This document shows positions 39,346-49,432 of a stretch of 64,000 nt of DNA, one piece after another. The notes below the pieces were generated by a model. The model had not been told where the DNA came from, ran no database searches, and saw only the letters and a program-made list of their open reading frames with translations. The position numbers were made by a program, and so were the translations under genes. The DNA is taken from NCBI GenBank assembly GCA_963831425.1, contig CAWHQC010000015.1:100821-164820 (forward strand). Direction: 5' to 3'. The DNA comes from an uncultured Gemmatimonadales bacterium (lineage in GTDB: Bacteria > Gemmatimonadota > Gemmatimonadetes > Gemmatimonadales > GWC2-71-9). Position 1 is the stretch's first letter. The number at the start of each line of letters is the position of its first letter.

Positions 39346-39762
39346 ATGCTGTCGCATTTCGCGCGCGCGCTGCGCCTGCATTGCCCGCACTGCGGGGGCG
39401 GACCGATCTTCACGAGCTGGTCGCGCCTGCTCCCCGCATGCCCGGTCTGCGGGCTCGGGCTCGAGCGCGACCAGGGCTACTGGGTCGGGGCGTACTTCTT
39501 CAACCTGATGGCCATGGAGGTGGCGTTCGTCGTCTGGTTCGTGGGGTTCCTGCTCGCCACCTGGCCCGACCCGCCCTGGGGACTGTTCCAGGCCATCACC
39601 ATCCTGCTGATGGTCATCGTCCCGTTCGTCTTCTTCCCCTTCTCCAAGACGCTGTTCCTGGCGTTCGACCTGCTGGTGCGCCCGCCCGAAGCGGCGGATT
39701 TCGCGGCGCCGCGCGAGCCGGCCCGCCGCCTGCCCCGAAGCTCCCCCCGCGACGCGAGCTGA
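39346..39762 (+). CDS. DUF983 family membrane protein.
   Basis: MLSHFARALRLHCPHCGGGPIFTSWSRLLPACPVCGLGLERDQGYWVGAYFFNLMAMEVAFVVWF.. (ORF 39337..39762). It has a CxxC-x16-CxxC pattern and two TM segments. Confidence 0.7.
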   Translation: MLSHFARALRLHCPHCGGGPIFTSWSRLLPACPVCGLGLERDQGYWVGAYFFNLMAMEVAFVVWFVGFLLATWPDPPWGLFQAITILLMVIVPFVFFPFSKTLFLAFDLLVRPPEAADFAAPREPARRLPRSSPRDAS

Positions 39763-39783
39763 CGGCCGACACTACATTGTCGC

Positions 39784-41609
39784 ATGCCGTTCTCTTTCCG
39801 GGTCCGCCGCCGGCTGGTCCGTCTTCGGGATAGCGCCGTCGTCGGGCGGCCGGTCGTCGCGGCGCGCGGGGTGTGGGACGGCTTCGTCGACTGGTTCAAC
39901 GGGCTGGGCCTCAGCGAGAACGCCATCCTGCTGGCGTTCGCCGTGGCGGTGGGCGTCGGCGGCGCGCTCGGCGTGGTGGTCTTCTACAAGCTGATCGACG
40001 CGGCCTACGCTCTCTTCTATCAATGCCCGCCGGCTTCCTCCCGCGCAACGGCTTCCTGGCCTACCGCCCGCTGCTCACCGCCGCCGGATTCGCATCCGCC
40101 TGGCCATCATGCGCCGGCTCGGGCGCGGCCACGAGGGGCTCAACGTCCCGGACGTGCAGCTCTCGGTGGCCCGCCGGGGCGGCCGGATCCCGTCGCGGCC
40201 GGCGCTCGCGCGGACGGCGGCGAGCGCCGTCACTATCGGTGCCGGCGGCTCGGCCGGGAGCGAGGGGCCGGTGGCCGTCCTCGGCGCCGCGCTGGGCTCC
40301 TGGCTCGGCGGGATATTCCGATTCGAATCCAGCCGATCGTGACGCTCGTCGGCGCGGGCGCGGCGGCCGGGATTTCCGCGGCATTCAATGCGCCGCTCGC
40401 CGGCGCCTTCTTCGCGCTCGAGGAAATCCAGGGCTCGTTCGCGGCGGGTGCCTTTTCCGCCGTGGTGGTGAGCAGCGTCGTGGCCGCGGTCGTATCCCGG
40501 GCGGTGTTCGGGAACCATCCCGCGTTTCCCATCCCCGTCGAGTACGGCTACACGCTCACGCGCGAGGTCGTGCTCTTCTATCCGCTGCTTGGCGCGCGTC
40601 ACGGGGTTCGTCTCCGCGCTGTTCATCCGCTGCTACTTCGGCATGGACGGTGGTGGAAGCGGCTCCCGGTCCCCGCGGCGGCGCTGCCCTGGATCGGCGG
40701 GTACTGGTGGGCACGATGGTCTACCTCTCCCGCGGACGTCCTGGTGGGGTACGGCCACCTGGCCGTGCGCGTCGACGTGTTCGGACGCATGGCGTGGTGC
40801 TCCCTCCTGCTGCTCGCGCTGGGGAAGATCGTGGCGACCTCCGTGACACTCACCACCGGCGGCTCGGGCGGCCTCTTCACGCCCTCCCTCTATATCGGCG
40901 CCGCGACTGGGGGGGCGTTCGGCGTGGCGCTCCATGGGCTGTTCCCCGGCGCTCGCGCATCAGCCCCGAGGCGTACGCGCTGGTCGGCATGGGCGCGCTG
41001 GTGGCGGGGGCGACCAACGCGCCGATCACCGGGATCCTCATCGTGTTCGAGATGACCAACGACTACGCGATCGTCCTCCCGCTCATGCTCACGACGGTCA
41101 TCTGCCATCTCGTCGCCCGGCGGCTGGAGCCCGATTCCCTCTACAGCGGGTGGCTGCGCCGGCGCGGCGAGCGGATCGAGCAGGGGGCCGACCGGGCGCT
41201 GCTGACCGGCCTGAGGGTACGGGATGCCTACGAGCGCTCGCCCCAGTCGTTCCGCGCCGAGGCGCCGCTCCCGACCCTGCTTCAGCACCTCCAGCCGGGG
41301 GAGCAGACCACGTTCCCGGTGATCGATGCCGACCACACCCTCCTTGGCGTGGTGACGATGGCGGAGCTGGGCCAGTTGGCGCGCGATCAGCCGCAGCTCT
41401 CGGGGCTGCTGATCGCCGCCGACGTGGCGGGGCCGACGGAGACGGTGACGCCGGCCGACTCGCTGCTCGAGGCTACCCGGCGGCTCGGCACCCGGGGCGC
41501 CTCCGCCCTCCCGGTGGTGGATCAGCCCGGGGGAGACCGGCTGATCGGAATGCTCACGAGGAGCCACATCCTCGCGGCGTACGAGCGGGCACTGACGAGC
41601 GGGCACTGA
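39784..41609 (+). CDS. ClC-type chloride channel/antiporter with a C-terminal CBS pair, multiply frameshifted.
   Basis: GLSENAILLAFAVAVGVGGALGVVVFYKLID lies in ORF 39784..41055. AVTIGAGGSAGSEGPVAVLGAALGSWLG lies in ORF 40109..40342. GAGAAAGISAAFNAPLAGAFFALEEI and GGSGGLFTPSLYIGAATGGAFG follow. ALVGMGALVAGATNAPITGILIVFEMTNDY and the CBS region lie in ORF 39873..41609. Confidence 0.8.
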
Positions 41610-41684
41610 GCCGGTGACCTCGGCCACACCCCGGCGTCCGGGATCCTGCTACCCTGGGCGGACATCGTCCGGAGTCTCATCGCC

Positions 41685-42248
41685 ATGCCTGCCGACCGCC
41701 CGGTCCCCCGTTTTCCGAGGTCCACCCCCGCCGGAGTGTCCGGGGTGCTGGAACGCAACATCGCGGCGCTGGTGGAGCGGCGCCGGCAGGAGGAGCGCGA
41801 GCGCACCCTGGACGAGCGGGCCGCGGAGGCAATCTCCCGCTTCGCGGGAAGCATGCGCTTCGTCTACGTGCACCTGGTGCTGGTGGGTCTGTGGGTCGCC
41901 ATCAATCTGGGCCTCACGCCCCTGCCGCGGTTCGATCCCACCTTCGTGGTCCTGGCCATGGTCGCGTCGGTCGAGGCGATCTTTCTCTCCACCTTCGTGC
42001 TGATCACCCAGAATCGCATGGCGGCCATCGCGGACAAGCGGGCGGACCTCGACCTGCAGATCAGCCTGCTGGCGGAGCATGAGATCACGCGGGTCGTCGC
42101 GCTGGTGAGCGAGATGGCCGAGCGGATGGGGATCGAATCGGCGCGGGATCCGGAGCTGGCCGAGCTCTCGCGGGACGTCGAACCGGAGCGGGTGCTCGAT
42201 AGCCTCGAAGCATCGGAGGCAGCGGCGCGGAAGGGGGAGGACGGGTGA
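41685..42248 (+). CDS. DUF1003 domain membrane protein. Intact.
   Basis: ..ISRFAGSMRFVYVHLVLVGLWVAINLGLTPLPRFDPTFVVLAMVASVEAIFLSTFVLITQNRMAAIADKRADLDLQISLLAEHEITRVV.. Confidence 0.7.
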   Translation: MPADRPVPRFPRSTPAGVSGVLERNIAALVERRRQEERERTLDERAAEAISRFAGSMRFVYVHLVLVGLWVAINLGLTPLPRFDPTFVVLAMVASVEAIFLSTFVLITQNRMAAIADKRADLDLQISLLAEHEITRVVALVSEMAERMGIESARDPELAELSRDVEPERVLDSLEASEAAARKGEDG

Positions 42249-42280
42249 AGGGCCCGGCTTCTGAATTGCCCCGGATATCC

Positions 42281-42432
42281 GATTCACCACAGAGGCACAG
42301 AGGGCACGGAGGGTTCCCATACCGGGAGGGCACCTGGGACCCGGACAACACCAACGACTTGATGGTGGCTCCGCTCCCGGATGCTCTCCGTGTCCCGGCC
42401 CCTCCGTGCCCTCTGTGCCTCTGTAGTGAATC
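42281..42432. mobile_element. 152-bp MITE with 32-nt terminal inverted repeats (31 of 32 match), TTCACC family.
   Basis: The left arm is GATTCACCACAGAGGCACAGAGGGCACGGAGG (42281..42312). The right arm is CCTCCGTGCCCTCTGTGCCTCTGTAGTGAATC (42401..42432). It lies between the convergent stops at 42248 and 42449. Confidence 0.75.
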
Positions 42433-42448
42433 GAAATGCCGGAACGAC

Positions 42449-42923
42449 TCAGACGCCCACCACCACGGGCACGTTCTCCTCGAGCCACTCCCCGGGCCGC
42501 GCCAGCACCTCCGCCACTCGGAGCCGGCGCGGGGCCGGCGGCGCGCTGGATGCCCCCGTCTCCGCGGCACTGTGGCGGAGCAGGAAGAGCGTCTCCCCTG
42601 CGTTCCGCGCGTGCTCCGCGACGAACGCAGCGAGCGCCCGGGGCCAGCCGCCGGCCGGCGCGGGGATCCCGGCGCCCCGCCGATGGCGCTCGATGGCCGC
42701 GATCAGCGAGCCGCGGGTGCGTCCCGCGCGCCGGTAGCGCTCGCCGGAGGTGCCGCTCGTCTTCGCGCGGGTCGGGGCGGCGGGGACGGATGAGGTCGCA
42801 CGAGCAGGCGCCCACGAGCAGGCGGACTACGGTCTGGGCGGCGGGGTGCAGCGCCGCGGAGCGCCAGCGGTCGGCGCGGTCGGCCGGCTGGGCGGCCAGG
42901 CCCGCGGGCAGCATCGACCGCAC
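42449..42923 (-). CDS. Hypothetical protein, 1-2 frameshifts. Start uncertain.
   Basis: ..LTLSEVRSMLPAGLAAQPADRADRWRSAALHPAAQTVVRLLVGACSCDLI.. lies in ORF 41649..42923. The C-terminus ..RRLRVAEVLARPGEWLEENVPVVVGV-stop lies in the ORF 42085..42570 frame. No family recognised. Confidence 0.3.
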
Positions 42924-42971
42924 CTCACTCAGCGTGAGGGGGCTCGCGGCGAAGAGGACGTAGCACAGAGG

Positions 42972-43343
42972 TCAGATCGGGAGGTCGTCGCGGATCAGCA
43001 CGAGGATCGCGGCCTGGGGCACCACGAGGTACTTCTTCTCCTCGAACGAGATCTCGACGGCGGCCTTGCGGAAGAAGATGGCGTGGTCGCCGACCCGCGC
43101 CTGCATGCCGCGGCTACGGCCCTCCCGCGCATCCACCTTCCATGGCTCCTCGTCGAGCGAGCCGAGGTCGGCGACCGGGGTGCCGGGCCCTGTGGCGGCG
43201 ATGAGACCGGTCTGGACCTGTTGCGCGTCCAGGGCTGTGGCCGGCAGGTACAGGCCCACCCGGGTCCGGTCCTCCCCGTCCTCGGGGATGATGAGGACCC
43301 GGTCGCCGACGACGAGGAGCTGCTTCCCGGGCATGTCCGTCAC
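42972..43343 (-). CDS. GroES/Cpn10-like protein with an internal insertion. The ATG at 43334 is the likelier start.
   Basis: MPGKQLLVVGDRVLIIPEDGEDRTRVGLYLPATA..QTGLIAATGPG..ARVGDHAIFFRKAAVEISFEEKKYLVVPQAAILVLI follows the Cpn10 pattern (GDRVL.., ..G.V.AVGPG.., VGD.V.F..). Confidence 0.6.
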   Translation of the reverse strand: MTDMPGKQLLVVGDRVLIIPEDGEDRTRVGLYLPATALDAQQVQTGLIAATGPGTPVADLGSLDEEPWKVDAREGRSRGMQARVGDHAIFFRKAAVEISFEEKKYLVVPQAAILVLIRDDLPI

Positions 43344-43846
43344 CGCTCCCCTCTGACTTCCTCCGCCGTCTGATGCACCGTGACCAGCTCCACGATGCGC
43401 AGCCGCCTGGTGGTGGCGGGCAGGCGAAGGCTGATCTCGTCGCCCACGCGGCCATTGGTCAAGGCGCGGCCAAGCGGGGAGGCGAGCGAGATGTGGCCGG
43501 CGTCGATATCCATCATCTCGGCCAGCACCACCACGTAGGTGTCGGTCTCGTTGGTCTCCAGGTCGAGCACCGTCACCCTGGAGCCCAGCCCGACCCGGTC
43601 GGTGGGCGCTTCGGTCGTGGCGAGCTGGCCCAACTGGTTGAGCCGCTGGTGGAGCTGGCCCAGGCGGGCCTGGACGAACTGCTGCCGCTCGAGCGCGGCC
43701 TTGTACTCGGAGTTCTCTCTCAGGTCGCCCAACTCGACGGCCTGGGCGATGGACTGGGGCAGGAGTACGTTCAGCTCGTGGCTGAGCTGGTCGATCTCGC
43801 GGCTCAGCTTTTCCCGCATCTCACGGATCATGGTGGGACCAGGCAA
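43340..43846 (-). CDS. greA: Transcription elongation factor GreA. Intact.
   Basis: ..MIREMREKLSREIDQLSHELNVLLPQSIAQAVELGDLRENSEYKAALERQQFVQARLGQLHQRL..VGLGSRVTVLDLETNETDTYVVV..ISLASPLGRALTNGRVGDEISLRLP. Its stop overlaps the GroES-like ORF. Confidence 0.85.
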   Translation of the reverse strand: MPGPTMIREMREKLSREIDQLSHELNVLLPQSIAQAVELGDLRENSEYKAALERQQFVQARLGQLHQRLNQLGQLATTEAPTDRVGLGSRVTVLDLETNETDTYVVVLAEMMDIDAGHISLASPLGRALTNGRVGDEISLRLPATTRRLRIVELVTVHQTAEEVRGER

Positions 43847-43980
43847 CAGAGAAAAGTCGGCCCCGAGCGAGGCCGCTCAGGGCGATCGTGGTGAAAGCTT
43901 TCAGAAGATACCACCCCCGCCGCACCTGGGGAATGCGCCCCGGAAGGGAGCTTTAAGAATGCGGGCAGCAAGGACTTTCC

Positions 43981-44009
43981 TTGACCTTGTGGCTTGAATC
44001 CCGTAAACT
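43981..44009 (+). promoter_or_regulatory. Sigma70-like promoter candidate, TTGACC-17 nt-TAAACT, for the cytochrome oxidase operon.
   Basis: TTGACC at 43981..43986 and TAAACT at 44004..44009, 62 nt upstream of the ctaC ATG. Confidence 0.4.
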
Positions 44010-44070
44010 GCGGCGGCCCGCTGCCCGCGTGGGTGTGAGCGTCGATTCTCACCAACAGGATGGCCGTGTA

Positions 44071-45207
44071 ATGCCCCTTACTCCTGCCTCCCGGCACCTT
44101 CGCCGGTGGGCGTGCGTTCTGCCCCTGCTCGTCCTCGTCGCGGGCGCCTGCAGCCCGGGACATTATCCGCAGACGTCTCTTCGGCCGCTGTCGGACTTCG
44201 CGAGGATCGGCGACGACATCCAGAACAACACGCTCTACTGGGCAACCGGTGTCTTCGTGCTGGTCGAGGGGGCGCTGCTCTACGCCATCTTCCGCTTCCG
44301 CGGCCGGCCGGACGATCCCGAGCCGCGCCAGGTACACGGCAACACGGTCATCGAGATCATCTGGACCGTCATTCCGGCGCTGATCCTGGCCGCCATCGCG
44401 GTGCCGACGGTGCGGGGAATCTTCCAGACGAACGCCATCCCCACCGGCGATGTCCTCCGGGTCGACGTGATCGGGCACCAGTGGTGGTGGGAGTTTCGCT
44501 ATCCGACGCTCAACCTGACGACGGCCAACGAGTTGCACATTCCGGTCGGGCAGACGGTGTCGCTCCACCTGGGCTCGGCGGACGTGGTCCACAGCTTCTG
44601 GCCGCCCCGGTTCGCCGGCAAGCGGGACGTCTTCCCCAACCGGGAGACGCGGCTCTGGTTCAAGGCGGAGCAGGCAGGCGAGTACCCGGGCCAGTGCGCC
44701 GAGTTCTGCGGGATCCAGCATGGGCGGATGGCCTTCCGGATGCGGGCGCAGTCACCCGCGGAGTTCCAGACCTGGGTGGCGCACATGCAGACGCTGGGCG
44801 TGAAGCCGACGCCGGCGGCGGCGGCCCCGGCCAAGGACTCGGTCCACACGGCAAGCGCGGGAGCCAGAGTGCAGAGCGCGCCGCAGACCTCGGCGCCGAG
44901 CGCGGCGCCGGCCGCGCCCACGGATCCGGCCTACGCGGCGGGCGAGAAGCTGTTCGCGGCCAAGGGCTGCGTGGGCTGCCACTCGCTCACCGCGGTGAAT
45001 GCTCCCAAGGGAATGGTCGGGCCGAATCTGGCCAACGTCGGGGCGCGCACGTACATCGCCGCGGGCACGCTCAAGAACACGGACGAGAACCTGGCCCACT
45101 GGATCCGCGACCCGCAGGGCATCAAGAAGGGCGTGCTGATGCCGAACCTCGGCGTCACCGCCGACGAGGCCCGGTCGCTCGTCGCCTTCCTCCGCGCACA
45201 TCAATAA
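44071..45207 (+). CDS. ctaC: Cytochrome c oxidase subunit II with a fused C-terminal cytochrome c (caa3-type). Intact.
   Basis: Lipoprotein-like start ..LLVLVAGAC. HQWWWEFRYP is present. The CuA site reads SADVVHSFWPP..GQCAEFCGIQHGRM. The heme c motif is CVGCH. Confidence 0.9.
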   Translation: MPLTPASRHLRRWACVLPLLVLVAGACSPGHYPQTSLRPLSDFARIGDDIQNNTLYWATGVFVLVEGALLYAIFRFRGRPDDPEPRQVHGNTVIEIIWTVIPALILAAIAVPTVRGIFQTNAIPTGDVLRVDVIGHQWWWEFRYPTLNLTTANELHIPVGQTVSLHLGSADVVHSFWPPRFAGKRDVFPNRETRLWFKAEQAGEYPGQCAEFCGIQHGRMAFRMRAQSPAEFQTWVAHMQTLGVKPTPAAAAPAKDSVHTASAGARVQSAPQTSAPSAAPAAPTDPAYAAGEKLFAAKGCVGCHSLTAVNAPKGMVGPNLANVGARTYIAAGTLKNTDENLAHWIRDPQGIKKGVLMPNLGVTADEARSLVAFLRAHQ

Positions 45208-45215
45208 GGGCTCGT

Positions 45216-47055
45216 ATGGCAACCACCGCACTCGACCAGCAACGGGCCCACGCGGCCGCGGGTCACGAACCGACCGGTCTCTGGAGCTGGATCACCACGG
45301 TCGATCACAAGCGGATCGGCATCCTCTACGGCGCCACCGCCTTCACTTCTTCCTCATGGGCGGCATCGAGGCCCTGCTGCTGCGTATCCAGCTCGGCACG
45401 CCGAACAACACGTTTCTGTCGCCGGAGACGTACAACGAGCTGTTCACGATGCACGGCACCACCATGATCTTTCTCGCGATCATGCCGCTCAGCGCCGCGT
45501 TCTTCAATTTCATCATTCCGCTTCAGATCGGCGCGCGGGACGTGGCGTTCCCGCGGCTGAACGCGTTCAGCTACTGGGTCTTCCTGCTGGGCGGTCTGTT
45601 CCTGAACGCGAGCTGGCTCTTCGGGGCGGCGCCGGACACCGGCTGGTTCGGCTACGCCAACCTCACGTCGAAGCAGTACTCGCCCGGGCTGCACGTGGAC
45701 TTCTGGATGCTGGGCCTCCAGACCCTTGGCGTGGCGTCCCTGGCGGCGGCGGTCAACTTCTTCATGACCGTCGCTGAACATGCGCGCGCCCGGCATGAAG
45801 CTCATGCGCATGCCGATCTTCACCTGGATGAGCTTCATCACCCAGGTGCTGCTGCTGCTGGCCTTCCCGGTGATCACGGTGGCCCTGATTCTGCTCATGT
45901 TCGACCGCTTCTTCGGCACCAACTTCTACGTGCCGTCGGCCGGGGGCGATCCGCTGCTGTGGCAGCACCTGTTCTGGATCTTCGGGCATCCCGAGGTCTA
46001 CATCCTGATCCTGCCGGCGTTCGGCATCGTGTCCGAAATCCTGCCGGTCTTCGCCCGGAAGCCGCTGTTCGGCTACGCGGCCATGGTGTTCTCCGGGCAT
46101 TTTCATCGCCTTCCTCGGGTTCGGCGTGTGGGCACACCACATGTTCGCCACCGGCATGGGCCCGATCGCCGACACCTATTTCTCTCTCGCCACCATGCTG
46201 ATCGCGATCCCCACGGGGGTGAAGATCTTCAACTGGCTGGGGACGGTCTGGGGCGGCTCGATCCAGTACAAGACGCCGGTCTACTTCGCGCTGGGCTTCG
46301 TCGCGATGTTCATCATCGGCGGCCTGTCGGGGGTCATGCACGGCTCCCCGCCCGCCGACCTGCAGCAGACCGACACCTACTTCGTCGTGGCGCACTTCCA
46401 CTACGTGATGTTCGGCGGCAGCATCTTCGGCCTCACCGCCGGCGCGTACTACTGGTGGCCCAAGATGTTCGGCCGCGTTCTCGACGAGGGGCTGGGCAAG
46501 CTGCACTTCTGGCTCATGCTGATCGGGTTCAACCTGACGTTCTTCCCGATGCACATCCTGGGGCTCAACGGGATGCCGCGCCGGGTCTACACCTATCCGG
46601 AGGGCCTCGGGTTCGAGGAGCTGAACCTGCTGGAGACGGTGGCCGCGTTCGTGCTCGCCGCCTCGTTCGCGGTGTTCCTGTACAACATCATCAAGACCTG
46701 GCGCGGGCCGCGCAACGCGCCGGCCGACCCGTGGAACGCCGCCACCCTCGAGTGGGCGATCCCGTCGCCGCCGCAGGAGTGGAACTTCGCGGAAATCCCC
46801 GTGGTGCACGGCCGCGACCCGCTGTGGGAAGCCAAGCGTGAGCGCGGGGGGCCGCTGCCGGAGCCGCCGAGGGTGAGCGGGGCGGGCATCCACATGCCCA
46901 ACCCGTCGTATTGGCCGCTGGTGACCGCCATCGGCCTCTCCGCGATGATGAGCGGACTGATGCTGATCCACCACCTCGGGCCGTGGGGCATCATCGCCGG
47001 CGGCGCGATCCTGCTGTTCGGGGTGTTCAACTGGGCGTTCGAGCCCGCGGGCTGA
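45216..47055 (+). CDS. ctaD: Cytochrome c oxidase subunit I, 3 frameshifts as assembled (about 45345, 45775, 46100).
   Basis: [26 protein letters not shown] lies in the tail of ORF 44106..45467. [46 protein letters not shown] lies in ORF 45356..46201. [45 protein letters not shown] lies in ORF 45780..46841. [23 protein letters not shown] lies in ORF 46126..47055. Confidence 0.9.
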
Positions 47056-47066
47056 GGAGAGCGAAC

Positions 47067-47699
47067 TTGACCGACACGGCGCACGCCGGGCATCTCGAGA
47101 CCGCGACGGGGCTGGACAACCGGAAGCTGGCCATCTGGACCTTCATCGGGTCGGAGTGCCTCTTCTTCGCCACCCTGATCTCGAACTACCTGGTCCACAA
47201 GGAGACCTGGCTCACGGGGCCGGGCCCGTTCCCGCATGATGCGTGGACCTCGCCCGCCGGCAAGGTGTTCGAGCCCATCATCGAGATCCCGCTGGTCACG
47301 CTGGGCACGGCGCTGCTCCTGTTCAGCTCGCTGTTCGTCGTGCTCGCGCTGGCCAACGCGCAGCGAGGGAACCGGAAGGGGCTCCTCCTCTGGCTCGGGC
47401 TCACGCTGCTCTGCGGTGTGTTCTTCGTCGGGATGCAGGTCTACGAGTTCACCCACTTCGTGCACAAGGGGCTGACGCTCAAGACCAACCTCTTCGGCGG
47501 GAGCTTCTTCGTGCTGACCGGGTTCCACGGCACCCACGTGACGATCGGCGTGATCTGGCTGTTCACGCTCTGGATCGAGGCGTTCCGCGGCAAGATCCCG
47601 CCGGCCAAGTCGCTCAACCTCGAGATCGCGGCCCTCTACTGGCACTTCGTGGACGTGGTCTGGGTGGTGATCTTCCCCGTCGTTTACCTGATCAAGTAG
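47067..47699 (+). CDS. ctaE: Cytochrome c oxidase subunit III (TTG start). Intact.
   Basis: ..NRKLAIWTFIGSECLFFATLISNYLV..GVFFVGMQVYEFTHF..GGSFFVLTGFHGTHVTIGVIWL..ALYWHFVDVVWVVIFPVVYL (inner part of ORF 46911..47699). Confidence 0.85.
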   Translation: MTDTAHAGHLETATGLDNRKLAIWTFIGSECLFFATLISNYLVHKETWLTGPGPFPHDAWTSPAGKVFEPIIEIPLVTLGTALLLFSSLFVVLALANAQRGNRKGLLLWLGLTLLCGVFFVGMQVYEFTHFVHKGLTLKTNLFGGSFFVLTGFHGTHVTIGVIWLFTLWIEAFRGKIPPAKSLNLEIAALYWHFVDVVWVVIFPVVYLIK

Positions 47700-47711
47700 G
47701 GGGCCGAACGC

Positions 47712-48068
47712 ATGGACGCCCACGCGACTCCCGCCGAGCCCGAGCACTCCCATCCCTCCGTGGGGGTGTACGTCCGGATCGGCCTCGTGCTCTTCGTGCT
47801 CACCGCGCTCGAGGTGGGCCTCTACGAATTCACCTACGGTGGGCACGCCGGGCCCGCGGGCGCGGCGATCCAGCCGTTCTTCGTCCCGCTCCTGCTGCTG
47901 CTCTCCGCGGGCAAGTTCGCGCTGGTGGCCATGTTCTACATGCACCTGAAGCAGGACCATCGTCTCTTCACCGGGGTGTTCGTCTTCCCGCTCATCATCG
48001 CGACGGTGCTCATCCTGGGCCTGGTGATACTCGAGGCGTACCACTTCGCCTTCGCGCGAGCCGGATGA
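47712..48068 (+). CDS. ctaF: Cytochrome c oxidase subunit IV (prokaryotic COX4 type). Intact.
   Basis: ..SVGVYVRIGLVLFVLTALEVGLYEF..LLLLSAGKFALVAMFYMHLKQDHRLFTGVFVFPLIIATVLILGLVIL. Confidence 0.75.
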   Translation: MDAHATPAEPEHSHPSVGVYVRIGLVLFVLTALEVGLYEFTYGGHAGPAGAAIQPFFVPLLLLLSAGKFALVAMFYMHLKQDHRLFTGVFVFPLIIATVLILGLVILEAYHFAFARAG

Positions 48069-48918
48069 TGCTGCTGCTGCCGTTCGCGCCGCTGCTGGAC
48101 GAGCGATCGCGACCTACGGTGCCGTTCGAGTGGGCCTGGTCCCTGCACCCCAGCGTCCTCCTGGGCACCGGAATCCTCGGTGCCCTCTATTTTTACGGGA
48201 TCGGGCCGTGGCGCCGGCGGCGTGGACTCCCCGGGTTCCCGCCTGGAAGGTGGCGTCGTTCTGCGGGGCGCTGCTCGTGCTGCTGGGCTCGCTCAACGGG
48301 CCGGTGCACGATCTCAGCGACTACTATCTCTTCACCGCCCATATGGTGCAGCACCTGCTGCTCACCCTGGTCTTCCCCCCGCTGCTGCTCGCCGGAACGC
48401 CCGGATGGCTGCTTCAGCCGCTGCTCCGCCCGCCCGCCGTGCGGCGGCTTGCCCGGGTGCTCACCCAGCCGTTGCTGGCTGCCGTGCTGTTCAGCGCCGC
48501 CATCATCGTGTGGCATCTGCCACCGTTCTACGAGCTGATGATGCGCGACCACGACGTCCACATCCTGACGCACCTGATGTTCATGGTCACCGCCACCCTG
48601 CTCTGGTGGCCGGTCATGAGCCCGGTGCCCGAGCTGCCACGGCTCGGCTACGGCCTCGGGATGCTGTATCTCTTTCTGGTGGGGATCCCGATGCAGATCG
48701 TCGCGGCGATGATCTCGCTGGCCGGCGGGGTACTCTACCCCTGGTACAGCGCGGCCCCGCGCACGTGGGGCCTCTCGCCGCTGGACGACCAGCAGCTCGG
48801 CGGCCTGATCATGTGGGTGCCCGCGAATCTCTACATGTTCCTGGCCATCGGCGTGCTGTTCTTCGCGTGGGCGAGGGAGAGCGAGCGGGAGGACGGCGGT
48901 GAGCGGCAGGGGGTGTGA
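48065..48918 (+). CDS. ctaG: Cytochrome c oxidase assembly factor CtaG (caa3-type), one frameshift near 48230.
   Basis: The ATG overlaps the ctaF stop (ATGA). MMLLLPFAPLLDE..WAWSLHPSVLLGTGILGALYFYGIGPWRRR lies in ORF 47243..48538. VASFCGALLVLLGSLNGPVHDLSDYYLFTAHMVQHLLLTLVFPPLLLAGTP..HILTHLMFMVTATLLWWPV..LGGLIMWVPANLYM lies in ORF 48130..48918. Confidence 0.8.
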
Positions 48919-48975
48919 GGGTGAGAGGTGAAAGGTGAGAGGTGAGAGGTGAGAGGTGAGAGGTGAGAGGTGAGA
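48912..48975 (+). repeat. Tandem heptamer array (GGTGAGA)n, about 9 units.
   Basis: GGTGTGA GGGTGAGA GGTGAAA GGTGAGA x6, read directly. The ctaG stop codon lies in the first unit. Confidence 0.9.
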
Positions 48976-49056
48976 GCAGGTGGGCTGCGCTTTGTGAGCC
49001 ATGTGTGCGGCGGGGAGATTTGAGGGGACTGGCCACGGCGTGTAGCATGCGATCAC

Positions 49057-49422
49057 ATGCAGGATCACAAGTCGATCGTCGCCTGGCAGGAAGCCCATGA
49101 GGTGGCCCGAGCCGCACTGCGGACCTGCCGCACGCAGTGGAAGCCGTACGCCGCGGCGCTCTTCGGGCAGCTCCAGCGTTCCTCACTCTCGGTACAGCTC
49201 AACATCGCTGAGGGTTATGCGCTGCGATCGCCTCGACGATTTTATTACCATCTCCAAGTGGCATATGGATCGGCTGTCGAGACGGCGGAGCTCCTGGAGT
49301 TGGCCATCGAGGAAGGAGTGCTCCCGGATCCGGAAGGTCAGGCCATACTCGCGAGATGTCGCCGAACGCAGTCCCTCTTACTCGGTCTCGTCCGGCGCTA
49401 CCGTCCGGCCACGCCCCGCTGA
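49057..49422 (+). CDS. Four-helix-bundle protein (23S rRNA intervening-sequence protein family). Intact.
   Basis: MQDHKSIVAWQEAHEVARAALRTCRTQWKPYAAALFGQLQRSSLSVQLNIAEGYALRSPRRFYYHLQVAYGSAVETAELLELAIEEGVL.. matches my memory of the family pattern (W..A..L.., Q..RS..SI..NIAEG.., GS..E..). Confidence 0.75.
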   Translation: MQDHKSIVAWQEAHEVARAALRTCRTQWKPYAAALFGQLQRSSLSVQLNIAEGYALRSPRRFYYHLQVAYGSAVETAELLELAIEEGVLPDPEGQAILARCRRTQSLLLGLVRRYRPATPR

Positions 49423-49432
49423 TCCCCCCACC

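Noticed and set aside
46593-48044. 483-aa minus-strand ORF across ctaD/ctaE/ctaF. Similar shadow ORFs lie at 45895..46974, 8140..9624, 53111..54526, 53061..54485 and 55750..57180.
   Set aside because: All overlap genes with unambiguous protein identity on the other strand or in another frame, and they lack any recognisable domain.
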